Part shown: positions 19,206-26,874 of the stretch, piece after piece
How positions within the stretch are numbered: the stretch's first letter is position 1
How the letters are laid out: each line of letters opens with the position of its first letter
Position numbers and translations under genes: made by a program
Notes under the pieces: model-generated
The model's input: the letters and a program-made list of their open reading frames with translations, nothing else
Database searches by the model: none
What the model was told of the DNA's origin: nothing
Source of the DNA: Synergistaceae bacterium
Lineage (GTDB): Bacteria > Synergistota > Synergistia > Synergistales > Aminobacteriaceae
Reading direction: 5' to 3'
DNA: 64,000 nt
Assembly: GCA_031272035.1 (NCBI GenBank)
Contig: JAISUO010000034.1
Span: 790-64,789 of the forward strand

Positions 19206-19841
19206 TCATTTTACATGCGAAACCTGAATTGTATTCTGTGTATTCTGGACGTCAGGTTCCTGACCGGCGGTTTTCTCGTCGGAGGGCGCGATGGAATAGC
19301 GGGATCCCGCCAGCATACTCACGCGGCGAAGCTGTTCGAAGCGGGCCATGTAATCGTCCTGCATACCCTGCTTTACCCAATCCATAACGATGCCCGCGTA
19401 GGAGTGCGCCTCCATGCGCGCCATCAGAAATAATTCTTCGTCGGCGAGTTTGCAGCCTGACTGACTGTAGATCGTGTTGATATGTATTTTCAGAAGCTCG
19501 AAGTAGAAGTCCACGAGGTAGTCCTGCAGCGAATTCTGCCCCGCGTAGTCCAGTGCTTCCAGATAGAAGTCCCGGTTGGCCTGCATGTATCGGCATAACC
19601 TGACAAAACCGTCAAACCAGCGGTCTGGTTCCGAAAAAGCGTTGATCTCGGGAAGGGTTTCGGAGTAAAAAATCCAGTTGATCAAATCATATTTGTCGTT
19701 GAAATGATAGTAAAAGGTATTCCGACTGATACCGCAGTACTCTGTAATATCGGAAACCGTTATTTTTGCCAGACTCTTTTCCTTCACCAGCGCTTTAAGC
19801 GCATCGACCAGAGCCTTTTTCATAAGCGCCGTCTTTGACAT
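19206..19841 (-). CDS. TetR/AcrR family transcriptional regulator
   Basis: N-terminal HTH (ITVSDITEYCGISRNTFYYHFNDKYDLINW). The ATG at 19841 is preceded by GAGGA; the track ORF extends to 19880. Confidence 0.85.
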   Translation of the reverse strand: MSKTALMKKALVDALKALVKEKSLAKITVSDITEYCGISRNTFYYHFNDKYDLINWIFYSETLPEINAFSEPDRWFDGFVRLCRYMQANRDFYLEALDYAGQNSLQDYLVDFYFELLKIHINTIYSQSGCKLADEELFLMARMEAHSYAGIVMDWVKQGMQDDYMARFEQLRRVSMLAGSRYSIAPSDEKTAGQEPDVQNTQNTIQVSHVK

Positions 19842-20052
19842 TTTCGTCCTCGTTTTGTTCAAGCTGAACCCGACAGACAAAACTTAAGCCGGAGGTCGAA
19901 AATTCTCCCCAAAGGTTCATGCAGCAGTTAAAATTTCTCAACATTTTTTGCGCAAATGAAGAATATTGTCCTAAAACCAAACATATTCAGCCAATTAACA
20001 ATTACGGGCGAACAATGATTCTTCCACGTATAAATTATACTATATGCCGTTT

Positions 20053-20092
20053 GTGTTGCTTTGTGTGTTGCTTTGCTTTGTGTGTTGCTTTG
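20053..20092. repeat. Three copies of GTGTTGCTTTG in the tetR / reductase-operon intergenic region
   Basis: Exact 11-mers at 20053, 20065 and 20082, about 50-90 nt upstream of the ATG at 20141. Confidence 0.9.
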
Positions 20093-20140
20093 AAAAATCT
20101 TTGAAATACAGACCCTGTACGGGGTCGGAAGGGAGAAATT

Positions 20141-21436
20141 ATGTGCAGGGAGCTTTCCATCGATTACGTGAATATACGCAACGTCATGTTTGGAAATCGC
20201 ACGGAACTGCGGAACGGCGTGCTGACGCTGGACAAAGAAGAACTCATGGCGCTGGCGAATAAACCCGTATTCGACTCTTTTGACATCAAAATCGCGTCTC
20301 CGGGGGACAGCTGTCGTATCCTCGGAGTTCACGAAGTCATGCAGCCTCGCTGTAAAGTCGACGCGCCGGAAACGTCATACCCTGGAGCATGGGGCAGTCT
20401 CGCCCCGGCGGGGGAGGGGAGAACCGTCGCGCTGCGGGGCGTCGTCATTACGGAGCTTTATTACCCCAAAGCCAACGTCAAGTGGTACCTGGATATGTGT
20501 GAACCCTGTTCTCATTACTCCTACTATGCCCGGCATCATCACATCATCCTGGACGCGACTCCCGGCAGCGGCATCAGTGACCTCACTTACAGCGAGGCGC
20601 TGAAACACTCCGCCCTCTCCATCAATGTCCACCTGGCGAAGCTGGCCATCGGTCAGACACCGGACAAAACAGAATTCTTTTCTCACCGTCCTCTGGATGA
20701 GGGGCAGAGGGGAAAAGACGGGAAAAAGCTGCCTCGCGTGGCGTATCTCTGCACGCTTCAGGCAACTACGGATTTTTGGAACTTTCTTTATTATGGCCAG
20801 AGCGCTGTCGGTTATCTGCCCATCATCGTGCAGCCCACCGAGATTCTGGACGGAGCGGTTATTTTTCGCTATTGGGAAAATACCTACGTGCTTCAGAACG
20901 ATCCCTACGTGAAGGAGCTCCTGAGCCGGCACGGCAAAGATCTCGATTTCGCCGGCGTCGTTTTCGCCAACAACACGATGAGAATAGGCGACAAAAGCGC
21001 GATGGGCCTGATCGCGGCCGGATTGTGCAAAAACACCCTCCGGGCGGATTGCGTCATGGTCAACAAGTCGGGAATGGGACACGCGCAGCTGGACGCGGTT
21101 ATGGCCTTCAACTGGTGCGAAAGCATGGGAATGACCGCGGCGGTCAACCTCGCCGGAGTCAGCAACGACACTCCGGGAGACATGCTGGTCATCGCCGATC
21201 CCAAAGTGGATGCCGTCGTCAACAGCGGCCGGCATTTTCTGCTCGAACATCCAAGGGTTGAGCGCCTCATCGGGGAGGACGTCAACGTTCCCAGTCTGCT
21301 GGGACTCGATCCGCGAGGTCCTTTTACGCACACGACCAACTACGCCTACGCGGGCGTTTACGGTCAGCTCGGAGACTGCTATCGAACCATGGACGACGAC
21401 ATCACATGGACCGCTCCGGAAGCCTGCGCTCAATGA
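20141..21436 (+). CDS. GrdE/GrdG/GrdI-family subunit of a glycine/sarcosine/betaine-type reductase component B
   Basis: 431 aa. Conserved family blocks LPRVAYLCTLQ, PTEILDGAV and RHGKDLDFAGVVF. RBS GGAAGGGAG. Confidence 0.8.
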   Translation: MCRELSIDYVNIRNVMFGNRTELRNGVLTLDKEELMALANKPVFDSFDIKIASPGDSCRILGVHEVMQPRCKVDAPETSYPGAWGSLAPAGEGRTVALRGVVITELYYPKANVKWYLDMCEPCSHYSYYARHHHIILDATPGSGISDLTYSEALKHSALSINVHLAKLAIGQTPDKTEFFSHRPLDEGQRGKDGKKLPRVAYLCTLQATTDFWNFLYYGQSAVGYLPIIVQPTEILDGAVIFRYWENTYVLQNDPYVKELLSRHGKDLDFAGVVFANNTMRIGDKSAMGLIAAGLCKNTLRADCVMVNKSGMGHAQLDAVMAFNWCESMGMTAAVNLAGVSNDTPGDMLVIADPKVDAVVNSGRHFLLEHPRVERLIGEDVNVPSLLGLDPRGPFTHTTNYAYAGVYGQLGDCYRTMDDDITWTAPEACAQ

Positions 21437-21460
21437 AACTGAAAACGAGGTGAAAAAGTC

Positions 21461-22777
21461 ATGGCAAAATACAGAATTGTACATTACGTCAACCAGTTTT
21501 ATGGCGGATTCGGCGGAGAAGACACGGCGGGAATGGGAATAGAGGTCCGCGAAAATCCGGTGGGACCCGGACTCGCCCTGCAGGCGGCCCTTGGCGAAGC
21601 GGGAACGGTGGTCGCCACGGTGATCTGCGGAGATAATTACGCGACAGAAAACCTCGAAAACGTGACGGAGGAAATCCTGAAGATCGTTGAAGGCTTTAAA
21701 CCGGACATATTCGTCGCCGGCCCCGGATTCAACGCCGGGCGCTACGGGCTGATCTGCGGCGCGGTGACCTCCAAAGTCGCCGAACAGCTGCTTATTCCGT
21801 CGGTCACGGCTCTCTATCAGGAAAACCCGGGAACGGATCTTTACAAGGACCGGTGTTACATTCTTAAAACGGACAACAACGCCCGCGACATGAAAAAGGT
21901 CATTTCCGAGCTGGCTCGTTTCGTTCTGCGCCTGGCCGCGGGGGAGGTCATCGGCAAGGGCGATGTGGAACACTACCACGGCAATGGCCCGGCGCCCCTG
22001 ATCGACTACTCTCTTCCAGCGCCGCGGCGGGGTGTGGATATGCTTCTCGCGAAACACGCGGGGTGTCCGTTCAAAACGGAGGTCGTCATACCCTCCCGGG
22101 AACCTGTTCCCATTCCCCGGCTTCACAAGCCGCTTTCGGAAATCAAACTGGCCCTCGTAACCGACGGAGGGCTCGTTCCAAAGGGTAACCCGGACAAAAT
22201 GGTCCCCACCAACTCCACCATGTTCAAATCCTACCCGATAGAGGGAAAAGAGCGTCTGGATGCTCAGGATTACGAGGTCAGCCATCAGGGATACAACAAC
22301 GCTTTCGTTTTACAAAATCCCAACCGGCTCGTCCCTCTGGACGCCGCGAGAACTCTGGTCGCCAGGGGGGAAATCGGGGAGCTCCTTGAGAAATACTACA
22401 CGACCGCGGGCGTGATGACGCCCATGGGCACAGGGAAAAAGTTCGGAGAAAATATCGCGAAAGAGCTGAAAGAAGCCGATGTGGACGCGGTGCTTCTCGT
22501 CTCCACCTGAGGAACGTCTACCCGCTGCGGTGCAGTGATGACAAAAGAGATAGAACGCGCCGGTTTACCTGTAGTTCACGTCACCAACCTCACAAAAATT
22601 GCCGAAGGCATCGGTTCCAAACGCATATTCAGAGGCAACAGCATCGTTCACGTTCTGGGAGATCCCCAGCTTTCACCCGACATGGAGGCACGGTACAGAG
22701 AACAGCTGCTGTCCCAGGCCCTGAAACTTCTGGAAGATGCTCCTGTCGACGAAACGAGCAGCATTATTTACGAATAG
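21461..22777 (+). CDS. GrdB/GrdF/GrdH-family selenoprotein B (in-frame UGA = selenocysteine at 22508-22510)
   Basis: ORFs 21461..22510 and 22535..22777 are in the same frame. Read-through gives ...VDAVLLVST-U-GTSTRCGAVMTKEIERAG..., and the Cys paralogue at 18275..19120 has Cys at the UGA position. Confidence 0.85.
22508..22510 (+). other. Selenocysteine (UGA) codon
   Basis: An in-frame TGA within a conserved ST-x-GTSTRCGA motif. It aligns to TGC (Cys) in the paralogue. Confidence 0.8.
22516..22542 (+). promoter_or_regulatory. Candidate bacterial SECIS hairpin
   Basis: Upper stem CGCUGC/GCAGUG (22523-22528 / 22532-22537) with a GGU apical loop, starting 12 nt after the UGA. A possible lower stem is GUCU/A-GAC. 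Confidence 0.5.
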
Positions 22778-22789
22778 GAGAGATTAGAA

Positions 22790-23515
22790 ATGGAGAATTA
22801 TCTGGTCATTGCGGAAGCCTTTCCCGTCTGGCTTTGTGTTGTTCCCGCCGTTGTTCTCGTTCTGTTTCAGGCGGCGATTTTCGTTAAAAAAGCCTATCGG
22901 GCCGGAGCCGAGATCGGCATGACTCAAAAGCAGCTCAACTCCGCCATACGAGCGAGCGCCATTTCTTCCATCGGGCCGGCTCTGGCCATTCTGTCCACGC
23001 TTTTGGCGCTGCTGGTATTGGTAGGAGGCCCCGTCGCCTGGATGCGCCTTTCCTACATCGGCAACATGCTTTTCGAGGCTTTGGCTTTTAACTTCGGGAT
23101 TACAGCCAGCGGCATCGAGACGGCTGCCGGTCAGGCCGTTACAGGGCAGGCGTTTGTGAACGGCGTTTGGGTCATGATTCTGGGCTCCATCGGCTGGATC
23201 ATCGTTTCGATTCTGATCACGGACAAAATGAACGTCGTGCAGCATAAAATTTCAGGCGGCAACCCGAGAGTCATGCAAATTATCGCCTCCTGCGCCATGA
23301 TTGCGGGCCTGGGTTCGCTTATCGTTCCCTATGTGGTGCCGATCTTCACGGCCGCGAAAGTCGACAGAAACGGTGTGTCCGCCATTGGCGGCGCCGCCGT
23401 CATGGCCGCAATCTGCGCTTTCAATAAAAAACGGAAAATCGGCTGGCTCGGCGAGTGGTCGCTGGCCTTCGCTATCCTGGGCGGCCTCGTGCTGGCGCTC
23501 TGCATAAAAAAGTGA
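22790..23515 (+). CDS. Uncharacterised integral membrane protein (about 6 TM)
   Basis: 241 aa, hydrophobic throughout. RBS GGAGAG. It starts 12 nt after the selenoprotein stop, so it is an operon member. Confidence 0.7.
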   Translation: MENYLVIAEAFPVWLCVVPAVVLVLFQAAIFVKKAYRAGAEIGMTQKQLNSAIRASAISSIGPALAILSTLLALLVLVGGPVAWMRLSYIGNMLFEALAFNFGITASGIETAAGQAVTGQAFVNGVWVMILGSIGWIIVSILITDKMNVVQHKISGGNPRVMQIIASCAMIAGLGSLIVPYVVPIFTAAKVDRNGVSAIGGAAVMAAICAFNKKRKIGWLGEWSLAFAILGGLVLALCIKK

Positions 23516-23545
23516 AACCGGGACAAAAAGAAGGAGAGATATAAA

Positions 23546-24232
23546 ATGGATAAACAGGCGATTCTCGATAAAGACTACATGCCCTACATCAACAAATGGG
23601 GAAAACTGACAAACACCGTGGGCGTGTTTTTCGCTTTCGTTCCGGTTATTTATTTCGGCGTGAGATACGGTTGGTGGCCGCAGCCTGGCCCCGTTTTTCA
23701 GGGCTGGCTCAGCATTTCCGCCAGCGCGGGAATCCTGTGGATTATGCAGCCCATACAGTTCTTCCCCGTCTTAGGCGTTGCGGGAACCTATATGTCCAAC
23801 CTGTCTGGAAACATCTCCAATATGCGGGTTCCCTGTTCCATCGCGGCGGAGCAGGCCGCCGGAGTTCAGCCGGGAACGCCCGAAGCGGAGATTTGCGCGA
23901 ACATCGGCTCGGCCGTGTCAACTCTCATCAATATTCTCGTTCTTTCCGCCGGCGTCCTCGCGGGGTCGTCCCTCCTGGCCCAACTGCCGCCCGCCGCCTC
24001 GGACGCGCTGAAAAGCCTGCTGGTTCCCGCTTTGATTGCCGCCTGCGTCGTCATGGTAGGATGGACCGAGCCTCGTATTCTTCCCCTTGCTTTCCTCCTC
24101 GCGGTTCTCACGCGCATCTTTTTCACGGTCTGTCTGCCCCGGCTCATGTCCATGGCCGACATCACGTCGATTTTTGTCGCGATCTTCGTTTGCGTCGCGC
24201 TGTATAAAATGAAAATTTACATCAGGGATTGA
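23546..24232 (+). CDS. Uncharacterised integral membrane protein (about 6 TM)
   Basis: 228 aa. RBS AAGGAGAG. Last gene before the terminator at 24273. Confidence 0.7.
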   Translation: MDKQAILDKDYMPYINKWGKLTNTVGVFFAFVPVIYFGVRYGWWPQPGPVFQGWLSISASAGILWIMQPIQFFPVLGVAGTYMSNLSGNISNMRVPCSIAAEQAAGVQPGTPEAEICANIGSAVSTLINILVLSAGVLAGSSLLAQLPPAASDALKSLLVPALIAACVVMVGWTEPRILPLAFLLAVLTRIFFTVCLPRLMSMADITSIFVAIFVCVALYKMKIYIRD

Positions 24233-24272
24233 TGGCTTTATAAGCAGCAAACCAGCGAACATATCGTTCAGG

Positions 24273-24305
24273 GGGCCGCTTTCACGAGCGGCCCTTTCGG
24301 TTTTT
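24273..24305 (+). terminator. Rho-independent terminator of the reductase operon
   Basis: GGGCCGCT-TTCACG-AGCGGCCC followed by TTTCGGTTTTT. Confidence 0.75.
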
Positions 24306-24482
24306 CCGACCCCGCTCGCAAATATCGGAAGAGCCGCAATATTCCCCTCCGTTCACAAGTCTCTCGATTGCTTCGGCGTTGATATAAGGTCCGACAAACT
24401 GCCAGGCCGAAGCAACGGAGCTTTTGCCTGAACCGTTCGGTCCCGCGAACACCAATATGTGCGGAGTGTCAGTCAAGATCAT
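24282..24482 (-). pseudogene. Zeta-toxin/AAA-like P-loop toxin remnant (truncated after about 66 aa)
   Basis: MILTDTPHILVFAGPNGSGKSS...YINAEAIERL matches the N-terminus of zeta/COG4185-type kinases. The reading frame then runs into the terminator hairpin and stops. The ATG overlaps the antitoxin stop by 14 nt. Confidence 0.55.
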
Positions 24483-24780
24483 AAACTCTCCTGCCGTCAG
24501 GGTATTCAAGGTACGGACAATTCTGTTCGTCGTCGAACAACGCTGTCGGAGTGCCGTTCTCGACGGCTTTGCTTATTTTTGCTCTGACGCTGCGGCGCAT
24601 AAGGACATCCTGAGGATCGCTGTCGAGTTCGAGTGCAAACGGAATTGACCGACTTCGGGCCACGCGGGTCAAAAAGATGTTGATGCCCGTACTCATATTC
24701 ATGCCCAGCGCGTTGAACACTGTTTCGGCGTTTCGTTTGACTGTGGAGTCAACACGGACGCTCAATCTTGTTTCGCCCAT
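24469..24780 (-). CDS. RelB/DinJ-family antitoxin
   Basis: RHH-type N-terminus (RLSVRVDSTVKRNAETVFNALGMNMSTGINIFLTRVA...IPFAL). The ATG at 24780 lies 7 nt after GGAGGTG. Confidence 0.7.
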   Translation of the reverse strand: MGETRLSVRVDSTVKRNAETVFNALGMNMSTGINIFLTRVARSRSIPFALELDSDPQDVLMRRSVRAKISKAVENGTPTALFDDEQNCPYLEYPDGRRVYDLD

Positions 24781-24904
24781 TATGGAACACCTCCGCATCC
24801 AATATGTTCCATTTATACATCCAATGGAGATACAATAGCAAGCGTTATATTTGGAAAAAGATTACTCCTCGAATAACATCCTCGAAAATTTCAAAAATTT
24901 CTCC

Positions 24905-24948
24905 TTGACAAATTTTTATAGAATGAATATACTAACGCTATTCATTCT
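24905..24948 (+). promoter_or_regulatory. Sigma70-like promoter with an overlapping 10-bp inverted repeat (putative Fur/PerR-type operator)
   Basis: TTGACA (24905-24910), 17 nt, TATACT (24928-24933). The perfect inverted repeat AGAATGAATA (24920-24929) / TATTCATTCT (24939-24948) spans the -10. Confidence 0.5.
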
Positions 24949-25005
24949 TAATAGCTTAAATGAATCCGCCTCACGCGGAAAAACAAAGGGGGCGACGGAG
25001 CGGGG

Positions 25006-25422
25006 ATGAAAGATTTCGACCCCAGCCCTGCGCAAACACTTATTCGGCGTCAGACGGTGCAGAGGAAACTGGTTTTAGACGCGGTTCGCGCGGGTTGTCA
25101 CCCGTCGGCGCGGGAGATATTCGTCTCGGTTTCCCAGTCGGCCCGCGTCAGTTTCGGAACGGTCTACAGGAACCTGCAGGTTCTGGAGGAGGAGGGCGAA
25201 ATCGCTCGCGTTGAAATAGACCCGGAGGTAGTTCGCTACGACTGGAAACTGACGCCTCATCATCATTTCCGATGCGTGAAATGCGGGCGCGTGTTGGATT
25301 TCCCCGTGCCCTGCCGCGTCGAGTTGGACAGGGACGCGGAGGAGGAAAGCGGTTTTGTAGTCGAGCGCCGCCTCGTGGCTTTCGAGGGGATTTGTCCGGA
25401 GTGCCGAAGTTCGGACGCCTGA
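25006..25422 (+). CDS. Fur-family (Fur/PerR/Zur) transcriptional regulator
   Basis: Winged-helix N-domain, HHHFRCVKCG and CPEC metal-site motifs. 138 aa. Confidence 0.85.
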   Translation: MKDFDPSPAQTLIRRQTVQRKLVLDAVRAGCHPSAREIFVSVSQSARVSFGTVYRNLQVLEEEGEIARVEIDPEVVRYDWKLTPHHHFRCVKCGRVLDFPVPCRVELDRDAEEESGFVVERRLVAFEGICPECRSSDA

Positions 25423-25616
25423 GTCGTTTCTCCAAAAGGAGAGCGTTTTATTTTAAGCAATAAATAATAACGATTCCTGTTATTGTTTATTCCTGGATTA
25501 GCTTCCCTGACTTTAGAAAGGTGATCTGTGAAGAATGCCAAAATACTGGTATATCGGGAGTACTGGCAGGATTGCCCTGCTTAAATACGTGTGCTGCGGG
25601 AGCACGAAGACATCCC

Positions 25617-25638
25617 GCAAATATATTGCAAATATATT
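25617..25638. repeat. 2 x 11-bp exact tandem repeat GCAAATATATT abutting the RBS
   Basis: Copies at 25617-25627 and 25628-25638, immediately upstream of GAAGGAGGAG. Confidence 0.9.
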
Positions 25639-25655
25639 GAAGGAGGAGAATGGTT

Positions 25656-26225
25656 ATGAGAAGTTTCACAACGCTGGACCTGCAATACGCTCACAGATTT
25701 TACGGATTCAAAGGTGAAGCCCAGTATTTGCACGGGCACACGGGGATACTGACGCTTGAGGTCGAGGATACCATCAACGCGGGCGTCAATATGGTTTTTC
25801 CCTGCAACGAAATTAAGAAAACCGCCTGGGAAGTTTTACAAAACTTTGACCACGCACTGATTCTCAGAGAGGACGACCCGCTGCTTCCCGCGATTCTTGG
25901 CGTTTACGAGACACAGGGCATCAAGGACGGAGCACCGAGCAATAAACAGAAAGGCCCCGCTTTCAAAACGGAGCTTGCGACAGCGTATCCCGAATGTCGT
26001 TTGGTGGTCACGAAAGAAACGATGACCGTTGAGGGCATGATTAAGATCGTTTACGATTTGCTTAAAGACAAGCTGAATATTGTTAAAATCACCTTCACGA
26101 GCGGAGTAAACGGCGCTGTGCAGGAATACAGCGAAAAACACCAGAAAGAACAGGACCGTTGCCCGTTGTGCGGAATTGCTCTGAACAAAGACGGCGTGTG
26201 TCCAAAATGCGGTTACAGGAAATAG
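25656..26225 (+). CDS. 6-pyruvoyl-tetrahydropterin synthase / QueD-family protein with a C-terminal zinc ribbon
   Basis: HRFYGFKGEAQYLHGHTG (PTPS HGH motif), plus a C-terminal CPLCG...CPKCG. The second ATG (25656) has better spacing to the RBS than 25650. Confidence 0.65.
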   Translation: MRSFTTLDLQYAHRFYGFKGEAQYLHGHTGILTLEVEDTINAGVNMVFPCNEIKKTAWEVLQNFDHALILREDDPLLPAILGVYETQGIKDGAPSNKQKGPAFKTELATAYPECRLVVTKETMTVEGMIKIVYDLLKDKLNIVKITFTSGVNGAVQEYSEKHQKEQDRCPLCGIALNKDGVCPKCGYRK

Positions 26226-26313
26226 TCGAAAGGTCATAAATCCAGGCAGTGTCATTAAAAAGCTGCAGGACTGGCGGGAATTGCGATCATGTTCCCGCCA
26301 GTCTCTTTTTCGG

Positions 26314-26874
26314 TTACAGGTTCAAACGCATATAGGCGTTGTCGATATCGTCCTGCTCAATGCCGATGTATCGCAGAGTGTCCACGCTCATGGAGTGGTT
26401 CAGGAGCTTCTGGACCAGCCCCAGATCTCCCGTACGGCGGTATACGTGATACCCGAAGGTTTTTCTCAAAGTGTGGGTGCCGATGGCATCCAGTCCCACA
26501 TCCCGGGCGACGTCGGAGAGAATGCGCCAGGCCTGTACTCTGGAAATGGGCCTTGCGCCTCTGGCCGATGCGAAAAGAAACTCGGTGTCATCCATCTCGT
26601 CTGTCAGACAGCTTTTCAGCGTTCGAGTGACCGAGAAATTCAGGGGAAAGCGTTTTATCTTTCCCGTTTTGGCCTCCTGAAGGTAAAGGCAGGTGCGCAG
26701 CTGCCCATTGTCGTTACGAACATCCCGCACCGTAAGAGACAGGAGGTCGCCGATTCGAAGCGCGGTGTTGATGCCCATCACGAAAAGCAGCAAATCCCGA
26801 GGATTTTTTCCCCGGAGGATCCGTTTCATCGACTTGATTTTGCCTGTGCTGCGAATGGGTTCCACAATCCTCAT
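26314..26874 (-). CDS. Small tyrosine-type site-specific recombinase (catalytic domain only, FimB/FimE-sized)
   Basis: 186 aa. Motifs ALRIGDLLSL (Arg I), HTLRKTF (H-x-x-R) and LLNHS...TLRY (His / Tyr nucleophile). Confidence 0.8.
   Translation of the reverse strand: MRIVEPIRSTGKIKSMKRILRGKNPRDLLLFVMGINTALRIGDLLSLTVRDVRNDNGQLRTCLYLQEAKTGKIKRFPLNFSVTRTLKSCLTDEMDDTEFLFASARGARPISRVQAWRILSDVARDVGLDAIGTHTLRKTFGYHVYRRTGDLGLVQKLLNHSMSVDTLRYIGIEQDDIDNAYMRLNL

Noticed and set aside
20375-22285. 636-aa antisense ORF across the reductase genes
   Set aside because: It is a shadow ORF opposite two genes with strong family motifs. It has no recognisable domains and a biased composition.
22535-22777. Independent 80-aa gene
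   Set aside because: It is in the same frame as 21461..22510 and separated from it only by a UGA plus eight sense codons. Its sequence continues the GrdB-family alignment, so it is the C-terminus of the selenoprotein.
24960-25214. 84-aa ORF overlapping the start of the Fur-family gene
   Set aside because: It is an alternative frame with an Arg/Gly-rich translation. The Fur frame has canonical motifs.
25591-25649. preQ1 riboswitch upstream of the QueD-like gene
   Set aside because: A 5-bp hairpin plus an A/U-rich tail is superficially similar. I could not match the conserved preQ1-I loop or A-tract features. The tail is an AT-rich tandem repeat rather than an A-run, so I left it as an unexplained leader.
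26314-26874. Prophage or IS element around the recombinase
   Set aside because: There are no transposase, phage structural, replication or excisionase genes, and no terminal inverted repeats that I could recognise. Only an isolated small recombinase is present.
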